A stretch of DNA of 64,000 nucleotides from contig OZ076409.1 in assembly GCA_964187785.1 (NCBI GenBank), positions 88,228,001 through 88,292,000 on the forward strand, written 5' to 3'. Source of the DNA: Amphiscolops sp. MND2022 (Eukaryota). The first letter of the stretch is position 1, and each line of letters begins with the position of its first letter. Both the position numbers and the translations under genes were made by a program. Of the stretch, positions 13,233 to 22,199 are shown in pieces. The notes beneath the pieces were generated by a model, which saw nothing but the letters and a program-made list of their open reading frames with translations, had not been told where the DNA came from and made no database searches.

Positions 13233-13357
13233 AAATAAATATTTAATTTTTTATTTATATTTATAATTATTATCAATTTATAAAAATAAATATATTATTT
13301 TATAAATTTATTTATCATATCAGCAAAGCTGTATTAATATATTTAAATTATATTTGT

Positions 13358-14587
13358 TCATAATAAATCAAAATGCCTTTGTCCATCACTACTGATACTT
13401 ATCAGCTTGGGTGTTAGGACTAGGGCATAAGCTATATAATCTGCTACATTAATGGCAACATTAAACTTGAATTCTAATCTAATAGGTTGACTCCCGATGG
13501 GGTCTTTTTGTTTGGATAAATCAAATACATAGAAATTATAATTTGTCCTGAATTTATGCAAATCAATAAATGGATTGAGTAGATTAGTTTCACTTTTTAA
13601 CAAATAGAAGTTTTCAATTTCACTGTATGCTTGATCATATTTATCTCTTTCATAATCACATTCTATTCCATCATCGGGATATTTCTCTGATCCTATTTTA
13701 CAAACAGCATTTGAAACAGGTAAACGATCAGATATTGCATTATCATGTGTTTGTGAATCAATTTAATTTCTAGTTTGAAATCCAACAATTATAAAAGTTG
13801 GTGTTGATTCTCCACTATTACCTAATTCAAATGTCCAATTATTATTCGTGTTAACATCTTTTCTAAAAACAACTCGTTCAATATAATACAGTTCAGTTGG
13901 ATCTTTGTCTAATATTTGATCCATCACAAGTTGTTGGTTTTCCATTGATGTTGTGTAGTGTGGAATATGCCAGGAGATGTCTTTTATATTTATTTTTGCA
14001 GCAGTAATCGCATTGTCCCTGATAATAGGATCATTATTATTATTACGTTTTAATGTGAGACTGTAACCCAATCCATAAGTTATTTTTTCTTGATCAGCGA
14101 ATCCAAACAAGTCTTTTAGTTTTATTCTCACAAAAAAGGTTCCTTTCTCTGTCTTATTGTTAGTTAGTTCTTGTCTTCTGATAGTACTACTTTCTTCAAA
14201 CCCATACATCAATTGAGAAGTTTGTTGAGTGCTAGTTAAAAGTTTAATCATTAAAGAGATGGGGTGCAAATTGTCAACTTTTTCTAGGTGTTTTCCCGAA
14301 CTTGTTGTCAGCTTAGCTTCACTAAATAAAGCAACGGGCCCAAAGTTAACTAAACTTATTTGATCACCATCTGCATATCTTGTATCATCATTTTTAAGAA
14401 CTTCAAATCCTAATGTTATACATGAGTTTTGTAAACAAATATATGCATCTTCTCTTGGGAAGATGATGGAAGTGTTTAAATTATTATTGTTGATTGTAGC
14501 TAAACTACTTGGACTATATTTAATAAAATCAATTTTATGAATAGGTTTATCCATAGCATATTTATTTTTCAATGAAAATAATTCCAT
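13358..14587 (-). pseudogene. Major capsid protein (double jelly-roll, Polinton PY / adintovirus hexon type) with one in-frame stop
   Basis: ORFs 13763-14587 and 13358-13603 are in the same frame, separated by a single TAA (13763-13765); ~409 codons, beta-strand-rich, with PTFIIVGFQ and FYVFDLSKQ motifs typical of Polinton MCP. Confidence 0.85.
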
Positions 14588-14648
14588 TTAAATAGGAATA
14601 AAAATTAGGATTTAAATTTTATACTGATTTTATTTTTACTTAAAATAT

Positions 14649-15163
14649 TTATCCTAAAAAAGTAAACTCAGAATTTAGTTTAGTTTTATTTGTTTTATAT
14701 AGATCGTAAGTTTGTTTTAATTTGTTGTATTCACTCAGATCAATTTTATTGTCTTCTAAACATTTTGAATGTAGTTTTTGGTAGTCGTGTAGTGTTCTAC
14801 CAGCAAGAGTATATTTTTTAATATTGTGTTTCTTTTCAGGTACTCTCCAGCAATTTTACTGATTATACATAAACCTGCACCTATACCACTTGCTATAGGT
14901 ACAACAACAAGTCCAACTCCTGTGACACTCAACGTGACACATGTTGATGATACTGCTAGTACTGAAACTCCATCTATAGATTGAATTAAACCGTTTATAA
15001 TTTTATATATTTTAGATTTCTTTTTATACTTTTTAGCTTCATGATTATAAAAATTTTGAATATCTTTTATATTTTGAATTGAATTATTAAAACTATTTAT
15101 TTCTTTTAATCTAAGATCAAGATTCTAATCTTGTTGTAAACATGGGTACAATTTTTCACTCAT
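14649..15163 (-). pseudogene. Small Polinton membrane protein with a two-helix hydrophobic segment (GasderminX-like); absent from the ORF track
   Basis: Manual translation: MSEKLYPCLQQD*NLDLRLKEI..YKKKSKIYKII..GVSVLAVSSTCVTLSVTGVGLVVVPIASGIGAGLCIISK..(frameshift ~14830)..KCLEDNKIDLSEY. TAG at 15125-15127. Confidence 0.7.
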
Positions 15164-15186
15164 TTATTTTAAATAAAAACTTAATT

Positions 15187-15897
15187 TTAGTTTTCAAAAA
15201 GTATGAAATTTATCTCAGTATCGGTTAGTTTCATTCTATATTTAAGGTCAACTATATCTTTGTATTCATCTTTCTTTAAGCACTTCACGATATCTTCTCG
15301 CGTTGAATAGTCTAAATCAGATAAATAATACACACCATCTGATGTCTTTATTTCTGTTCCGTATTTTTCCAACAAGTATTCATCACTAAAATATAAGTAC
15401 TAATTAAAGATTTGGTCTTTATTTTCAAATGAGTCAAACAATCCTTTGTTGTATAGTAATTGAATAGTATCTTTGACTGCTTGATTTTTACATTTTTCCA
15501 ATTCTGAAATAAGGTTTCTCTCAAAATGATTACGTAAAATGGTTTGTTGTTCTTCCACTAACTTGGCAGCATCCAAAGTTATTTCTTTTTTCTTTTTTAA
15601 AAATTTATTTTTAATATCTTGTCCTAAATACTTTAAATTTATTTTTATATCTTCTATACTCTTGTTAATGTCTAAGAATAACTTTGCATTGACTACGATT
15701 TGTGATTCACCGTTGTCAAATATAATTTCTTGTAGGTTACCGAAGATGCTTTGCATATCAAAATTTTCTTAAGTATTAGACAAATCATTAAGTTTCAAGT
15801 TAATTAATTTGGTTTGTGATTCCAATTCTTTTTCTAAATTCTCAATCTTATCTTTTTGTAAGCTTTCGGCACTATAACCAAATTTATGAATTGACAT
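15187..15897 (-). pseudogene. Polinton hypothetical coiled-coil protein (MSIHKFG N-terminus) with two in-frame stops
   Basis: ATG at 15897 is in frame with track ORFs 15400-15756 and 15187-15375; stops at 15769-15771 and 15400-15402. Confidence 0.6.
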
Positions 15898-15914
15898 TAT
15901 TTATATAAATATAA

Positions 15915-16768
15915 TTACTCATTTTGATGGAAAATATTCATACTTTCTAACGTTTTGTTGTTAGATTTGAAATTGAATACACTTCCTAAAAGTTCTTGTT
16001 CATAATATTTTCCTTCTATTTGTTCGTTGTTTTCATCTACTAAACCATACGTGACTGGATTAGTTGGATTAATTTTATGTATTTTAAAAAGTTCTCTATT
16101 CCAATTTGTTGTATAACCTTTCGAATAAATATTCCGTTTATCAGGAACTCTTACATAGTCTCCCACTTGAAATTTAGGTAATTTTTTATTATTGCTAGGT
16201 TTTAGACTAGATATTGGATTGTCACTACTAGCTTCAAATGGTGTCATTTTGGTTGTACCATGGACACGATTATTATATTTTTCCATAGCAGCATCAAGGT
16301 GATTCAACCAACAAGCTCTACCTTCAATATACATTGGTTCTTTGATAAGATCTAATATTGTTCTATTGAATCGTTCAACAAAAACTGCTTTCAAATCTGA
16401 ATGAGTTGAATAAATTTGTATTTCATTTTGATTAAGAAAATTTAAAATTGTTTTATTATAAAACTCTTATCTCTATCTGACCAAATTTTATCAGGTTTTC
16501 TTTTTGCTTTTTCGATAAGACTTTTTAATGCAGTTGTTGTACTTTTTCCTGATTTATCTTTAAGAGGAATCGCCCATGCATATTTAGTATAGTTATCAAT
16601 TATTGTAGAAATGAACTTGTAGTTTTTATTATATTTTGATAAGTTAGCCCTGTCTATCAGATCGATACTCCAACATTCATCTTTATAATGGGGAATTATT
16701 TTAATGCGATCAAACTTTTTAATTACAGGAGAGAAGATTTCTTTAACAATTTCTTTCTTTTCATTCAT
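15915..16768 (-). pseudogene. Retroviral-like (RVE, DDE) integrase, frameshifted near 16468
   Basis: WSIDLID, IIDNYTKYAWAIPLKDK, IWSDR, VERFNRT, YNNRVH, KFQVGDYVR and KGYTTNW motifs across two ORFs. Confidence 0.93.
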
Positions 16769-16782
16769 TTATTTCCTAATAA

Positions 16783-17814
16783 ATGAATAAAAAATTATAT
16801 ATAGGTTTATTATGTGTAATCTTTATTATAGTTTCATATATTTATTGGTATTATATTAGACCTAATTATTATAAAAAATTATATCAAAAACTAAAACAAT
16901 TTAAAGGATTTAAACATTCTCATTTAACTAACAAAGAAGAAGAACAAGAACTTACTCCACCAAACACAAGTACAAATTGCCATATGTTAATTTATGGTAC
17001 TAGTGGATCAGGTAAAACGAGTTTCTTGAAATTTTATCTAAATCAAACTAAAACAAATTTTATAGTATTCGGTAGAGATGAAAATGAGTTTAAAGATAAT
17101 TATATACCTTTGTTACAGTTAGAAAATATTGAAATAGAGAAACTTGCTAATAGAACTATAATTTTAGATGATGCAGGAGCATTCAAACAACTCAGAACTA
17201 AAGTAGAAGACTTATTTCGGTTTGGTAGACACAATAATATACAAGTTATATACCTTGCTCACTATGCAAAGGATGTTCTCCCAATAGTGAGAGAGAATTG
17301 TTTTCAATTATATATCACAATAAATAATCCAGATAGTTTCTTTGAAACCATAATACAAACTTATTCAATCAAAGAAGATCTCAAATGGAAACAATATCGT
17401 AGTCAGTTAGAATTTGGTGTAATTGAGTTTGATACTAGATCACAAAAGTATAAAATACTCAATCAAAAGTATCAACTAATCTACGATACAACTAAACATA
17501 AGTGGAGTCCTGAGGATTATGTAAAGTATGAAAGTTATTTCTTTACAGGTGAAGAATATAATAAACTCAAGGTGTTTTTAGAAGAGATGTCAGATCAAAC
17601 AATTGAAATAACACCTTTTAATGTAGCTTTTTATTAAGTATATTATTGTAAACAAAATAAAATAAAAGTGAATGAATCTAAAATAGACAACTACGTTGAA
17701 CGCATGCAACAACCACTAATTTCAGATCAACCTAAAGAGGAATTTAAGAAAATTATAATTGATCAAGCAATCAGGTTTAGTAAAAGTAATTTAAAAATGG
17801 GTCTGATTTCTTAG
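16783..17814 (+). CDS. Packaging ATPase 1 (FtsK-HerA/A32-like) with N-terminal transmembrane helix; probable premature stop at 17635-17637
   Basis: Walker A GTSGSGKT, Walker B IILDD, RFGRHNNI and VREN; hydrophobic LYIGLLCVIFIIVSYIYWYY. The frame stays open for 58 more codons after the TAA, to TAG 17812-17814. Confidence 0.85.
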
Positions 17815-17932
17815 TAAAAAATCACTAAGCAAATTCACTAAGAGCATATATTTTTCACTAAGCAAATAGGGTTACACTTAAAACATCATGCTCTTAGTGA
17901 ATTTGCTTAGTGATTTAGTGATTTTTTACTAA
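17811..17932. repeat. Intergenic inverted repeat (~37-bp arms) containing about six TCACTAAG-like motifs
   Basis: ttagtaaaaaatcactaagcaaattcactaagagcat (17811-17847) pairs with atgctcttagtgaatttgcttagtga[tttagtga]ttttttactaa (17888-17932). Confidence 0.9.
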
Positions 17933-17936
17933 ATAA

Positions 17937-18802
17937 ATGAAGTGTATAATTTGTGGAAAAAGTAATGAAATATCTGTTTGCTCTGATTGTGAGAATAAAA
18001 AAAGATGTAAAGTGTGTAATATACTGAAAACAGTTTTTTACAAATATAGAAATGGTAAATTGTATAGTACATGTATAGAATGTTTCAATAAAAAAGTAAA
18101 ATGTGAATTCTGTAATAAAGAATTCAATAAAACTTATTTATCAAAACATTTAAAAAGATGTAATATCAATCATGATAATACAAATAATGAAATTATAAAT
18201 CATAATGAAAATCATGATAATAATAATTATACAAATAATATTATTACAAATGATCATACTGATAATAATGATAATATTATGTTCACCGGAGGCCAGCAAA
18301 GCTGTAATCGAACATTGATAGTTGGTCCATCATTTTGTGGTAGGACCCATTTGTTATTAAACAAATTACAATTAATTCGTTTAGATAATCCTGAACAAAG
18401 ATATGTATCATTACGAGGAGTCCGGAACAATACAATAAAATTGAAATAGAAGATGTTTCAGTGGAAGAAGATTTAGGTGATAAAAGTATTCAAGATTTTC
18501 AAAATTGTTGTGTTGTATTTGATGATATGTTAGACTCCAATCAGAAATTAATAGATCCATTTTTTACTAGGGGAAGACATAAAGATCTGGATGTTTATTA
18601 TTTATCACAGTCATACTTTGATTTGTCTAAAAGAACAATTAGAAACAATAGTAATATTATAATTTTATTTCAACAAACATTGAAAGATGTTGAACACATT
18701 TATAGAGATATTGCTGGTTTTGATATGTCTAATGATGAATTTAAAAGTTTATGCAGAGAAGCATGGCGGGATCCGTATAATTATTTATTAAAAATAGGTT
18801 AG
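17937..18802 (+). pseudogene. Packaging ATPase 2 with N-terminal Cys/zinc-finger region and Asn-rich linker; frameshifted near 18400
   Basis: CxxC pairs and CEFC..YLSKHLKRC; TLIVGPSFCGRT (Walker A with K>R), VVFDDM (Walker B), FTRGRH, YLSQSYF and TIRNNSN. Confidence 0.85.
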
Positions 18803-18862
18803 AAGATAAAAATGGGAGTAAGTATATGATATGTAATGAATCCAATCTGCAATACCAGATAT

Positions 18863-19834
18863 TTAATCCACAAACTGATCCTTTTTAGTAAATGTGCTTA
18901 CTAGGTTTTGATGTTGATTTGTTGTAATACATTGGTATTGTAAAAGTTTATCAGCAATTGCTATGATTTGTTCACTAAGCATAGGATTATCATTTCCTCC
19001 TACTTTTTCAAAATAAAGTAGTTTTAATTGATCTACAAGCTCATCAGGATCCGATGGAAGGAAGACATACTGATTAAATCCACTTCCTAATTGGGATAGT
19101 TGATAAGGAATATGTTGATACTTATATTGATTAATCAAATCTTTAATAAAATAATATCTCTTTGCTTTTTTATCTCCATAATTTAGATTATATTTCATAT
19201 CATTTAAAAAAGAATGAATTAGATTCTCGTTATGTATTTCTTTATCTATTTGTGTATTAGTCATAAAATATTGAAGATCGGGATCATTTAAATTGTATGT
19301 GTTACCATTCTCGAAAGTTATTGTTGAACCTTTAATTAATACTTGTTGGGGATTAGTAGGGTTAATTGTGAATAAATTTGGATTACCTTCACCGAATTGC
19401 GTAACAGGTTCTAAACTAAATTGACTTTTGTTTTTGTCATTAAGCAAATTAGAAACTGTCTTGATTATAGTAGAATCAACTTGGTTGGAATTCACAAGAT
19501 CTGTAACAAGTTGATTATTACGGTAAGTAATTTCATCATATTCTTTAATCGATTTTTGTAAATTTTTATTCAAAGCGTTACTCGATTCTCGTATTGCTTG
19601 TGTTGTAGTTTGAGTAGAATCACGTAACGCTTGTAATTGTTTTTCAGATTCTAGCTTGGTTTGGTTTTGACTTTTTTTCTGATTTTCCGTAACAGGTTCA
19701 AAAACTTCTTCCATATCATAATGAAAGTCTTGTTTCCCTAGGAGTTGTTTTAATCTTTCAGCTTTCAAATAAGATTTTGTTTCTTGCAATTTTTTTAATT
19801 TTTCTAAATCATCTCGATTATGAATTGAATACAT
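18863..19834 (-). CDS. Conserved uncharacterised Polinton (probable virion core) protein, 323 aa
   Basis: Intact ORF; N-terminal ..VFEPVT coiled region and C-terminal GSG..LPSDPDELVDQLKLL..GGN..EQIIAIADKL motif typical of Polinton core proteins. Confidence 0.75.
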   Translation of the reverse strand: MYSIHNRDDLEKLKKLQETKSYLKAERLKQLLGKQDFHYDMEEVFEPVTENQKKSQNQTKLESEKQLQALRDSTQTTTQAIRESSNALNKNLQKSIKEYDEITYRNNQLVTDLVNSNQVDSTIIKTVSNLLNDKNKSQFSLEPVTQFGEGNPNLFTINPTNPQQVLIKGSTITFENGNTYNLNDPDLQYFMTNTQIDKEIHNENLIHSFLNDMKYNLNYGDKKAKRYYFIKDLINQYKYQHIPYQLSQLGSGFNQYVFLPSDPDELVDQLKLLYFEKVGGNDNPMLSEQIIAIADKLLQYQCITTNQHQNLVSTFTKKDQFVD

Positions 19835-19883
19835 AATTTATTATTCATAAAAAATAATATTTAATTTACAGCAAGGCTGTAAA

Positions 19884-20285
19884 TCAATGAATTTTACCCA
19901 GATATAAACCCTTCCCTTGATGAACAAATTTTATAATATCAGGAGCAGTTGCAGCTATCATTCGAGGATTTTTACTTGCTGCAGCTGTACCAATATTAGC
20001 TGCGAGTTCTAATGCTCTTCCAGGATTGTTTAAAATTTTCTTTCCGACACTCTTGGCGGCTTTTCCTATACCTCGGAAAAAGTCACCTAATCCTTCTGCT
20101 TGTATTGTTTGATCAGAAACAATGAGACTCTTATTTCTTTTACAAGTTGAACAAGTACCTCTTAATAATTTAACAGGTGCTCCTGTTTTTTTATTTTGAG
20201 TAATATCTCCACGAATATTTGTGGTGGGGGAATAATGTTTTCCACCAACACAATATGAAATATTTTTAAATTTACTAAAGCTCAT
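19884..20285 (-). CDS. Small basic Polinton protein with zinc-ribbon-like N-terminus and amphipathic helix (candidate membrane-lytic/core protein)
   Basis: YCVGGKH..LRGTCSTC, then EGLGDFFRGIGKAAKSVGKKIL amphipathic helix and a GKGLYL terminus. Confidence 0.75.
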   Translation of the reverse strand: MSFSKFKNISYCVGGKHYSPTTNIRGDITQNKKTGAPVKLLRGTCSTCKRNKSLIVSDQTIQAEGLGDFFRGIGKAAKSVGKKILNNPGRALELAANIGTAAASKNPRMIAATAPDIIKFVHQGKGLYLGKIH

Positions 20286-20342
20286 TTATTAGAAAAAAAA
20301 TATTCATTTTTTTTCTAAGCAAACCTTTGGTTTGTATATATA

Positions 20343-21389
20343 TTAAATCTTGATGATTTGAATTGTAAATGTTAATGTCTCCCCGTTGAAATCAACTGGG
20401 TTATGATTGTTATCCTCAAGGAAAAATTGAATACTATCTAACCTTGTTTTGTTTATTTTTTTATACAAAATAATATTGGGTTCTTTTATAATTTTATATC
20501 CGGGAGGAGCACTAAGATTAAATGAAAATAAAATTTGTTCTCGTATGCCATTAACAATTGAACCATCTACACAATCACACTTAAGATGAACTTTGTCTGT
20601 CGTTGTTATCATAACTGGTTTTTCTGAAATATGTGTTCCTGCTGGATATTCCTTGTTTGTAAACCCTAAAAGTTTATTTAATTCTGAATTAAAATATATA
20701 CCACTAACAGTTGTTAAAACTGATTTCATTGATATTGTATCTGCTTCTATGTTGAGTTTAAAGTCAGAACTACCACCAGGTAAAGTATAACATTTAATAA
20801 GTTCTTGCTGGATGGTATTATTTATATCAACTAATTCATATGCTCCTGGTGGTAGTTCTATTTCAATGGAATCAGTTACAGATCCAATTCCAGAAATATC
20901 AATTGGTTTATCTTTAATGTGCAAAGCACCTTCGGTATTCTGATTAATTTGATCAATTATTTTCATCAAATAATCATAATCTGTTTTAGTAATAGTCTTA
21001 ATTTCAGCATTATCAATAACTATAAGTTTTTTAATTTTTTCTATATCACCAGAGGTTTTATATAAATACTCAACATTTGTTACTAATTGAGTGTCAACAT
21101 CATTTTCTTTTAACATTTTTTCTGTATAAAGAAGTTTAAATTTATTGTTCTTCTCAGTAATGTTATAAACTGTATTATATACTTCTAAACTTGTTACTCC
21201 CATCATCCATTGTTCAGGTAAGTCTAGTGGAATATCGAATGAAAAAGATTCTTTTTGTTTATTCATTTTAAATTCTAAAGTTTCTTGTGGTTTGGATAAG
21301 GTATTTTCAACAATATCCAAATTAGATTTTGCAATACTCAATAAAAGAGATTCTTTTTTATCATAGGTTACAAAATTTGATAGATCCAT
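20343..21389 (-). CDS. Minor capsid protein (penton, single jelly-roll)
   Basis: Intact 348 aa; PLDLPEQWMMGVTSL..NTVYNI, PPGAYE, LLGF, HLKCDCVDGS, PPGYKIIKEP and DFNGETLTF motifs typical of Polinton minor capsid. Confidence 0.85.
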   Translation of the reverse strand: MDLSNFVTYDKKESLLLSIAKSNLDIVENTLSKPQETLEFKMNKQKESFSFDIPLDLPEQWMMGVTSLEVYNTVYNITEKNNKFKLLYTEKMLKENDVDTQLVTNVEYLYKTSGDIEKIKKLIVIDNAEIKTITKTDYDYLMKIIDQINQNTEGALHIKDKPIDISGIGSVTDSIEIELPPGAYELVDINNTIQQELIKCYTLPGGSSDFKLNIEADTISMKSVLTTVSGIYFNSELNKLLGFTNKEYPAGTHISEKPVMITTTDKVHLKCDCVDGSIVNGIREQILFSFNLSAPPGYKIIKEPNIILYKKINKTRLDSIQFFLEDNNHNPVDFNGETLTFTIQIIKI

Positions 21390-21392
21390 TTA

Positions 21393-21576
21393 TTAGGAGA
21401 AAAATTGTTTAAATCCATTTGCGGTTATCTTATTTATAAATTCTTGGTTTTGTTTTGATAATTTCTTTTTTGGATTATTTTTTTTCTATTACTTTCTCAT
21501 CAAATTGATTCTCATTGGTATTCATTGGTTTTTGAATAATTTTAAATTGAGCTGAATAATTATTAATTTTCTTCAT
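21393..21576 (-). pseudogene. Small (~60 aa) basic Polinton ORF, frameshifted in an A-run; absent from the ORF track
   Basis: cctaaATG start; MKKINNYSAQFKIIQKP..VIEK/NNPKKKLSKQNQEFINKITANGFKQFFS* if one A is removed near 21480. The stop abuts the penton TAAATG. Confidence 0.45.
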
Positions 21577-21979
21577 TTAGGAATTTCAAATTTTGGTAGT
21601 ATAAATTTAAAACTGCATTTTTGAAGCCACTTATATTTGTGAGATACAACACATACAAACAATAAGCTGCACAATAACTGTCGTCTTTCTGGATTTGATA
21701 TTCTGAAAAGATACCATTATTAATTTGTTTTGTTATATTTAGTGGTGGTGGACAGCCATATGAATCGAAATAGTTTTGGTTTGTAAACATAACCCAATGT
21801 GTTCCTTTAGTTGGATGTAAGTTAACTATACCACTGGTGGTTATAAATTTATCATCTCTCATATATATTCCACAAGATGTGTTCATGAGTTTTAAGATTT
21901 CTTTTATTTCTACATTGGAAGTTGCTTCATTTTTTAATCTATATTTATCAACAAATTCTTTGAATGATAAATAATTCAT
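21563..21979 (-). CDS. Adenain-like cysteine (maturation) protease
   Basis: IVNL..GTHWV (His), YFDSYG (Asp), QIQ..SYCAAYCL (oxyanion Gln, catalytic Cys). Confidence 0.92.
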   Translation of the reverse strand: MNYLSFKEFVDKYRLKNEATSNVEIKEILKLMNTSCGIYMRDDKFITTSGIVNLHPTKGTHWVMFTNQNYFDSYGCPPPLNITKQINNGIFSEYQIQKDDSYCAAYCLYVLYLTNISGFKNAVLNLYYQNLKFLNEEN

Positions 21980-22086
21980 TTAATAGTTATTTTTCCATGA
22001 TTATATCTTGGTCAATGAATTTTCCATTGGAAAAACTTGTTCATTAATTTTTATTTTGTTAATTTTTCAGTTGTGAAAAAAGGCTG

Positions 22087-22192
22087 ATTTTTAGATGGTT
22101 TGATTGGTATTTTGTGAAAAAAGATTAATTTTTTAATGGTTTTACGAGCTTAAATTTTTATTATATATTAGGAAGGGGAATTCGATTACTAC
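22087..22192 (-). repeat. Polinton right terminal inverted repeat
   Basis: Exact reverse complement of 7351-7456; imperfect extension to ~22018. Confidence 0.97.
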
Positions 22193-22199
22193 ATACGAA

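Larger units (their letters stand above)
7350..22193. mobile_element. Full-length Polinton/Maverick (adintovirus-like endogenous virus), ~14.8 kb
   Basis: AGTAGT.. left end, 106-bp perfect TIRs, TACGAA direct repeat at 7344-7349 and 22194-22199, and the hallmark gene set (pPolB, RVE integrase, packaging ATPase, adenain protease, capsid proteins). Confidence 0.97.

Noticed and set aside
12961..20790. Short antisense ORFs inside Polinton genes (12961-13179, 15539-15772, 20593-20790)
   Set aside because: They lie opposite well-supported genes, begin at non-preferred starts and show no motifs.
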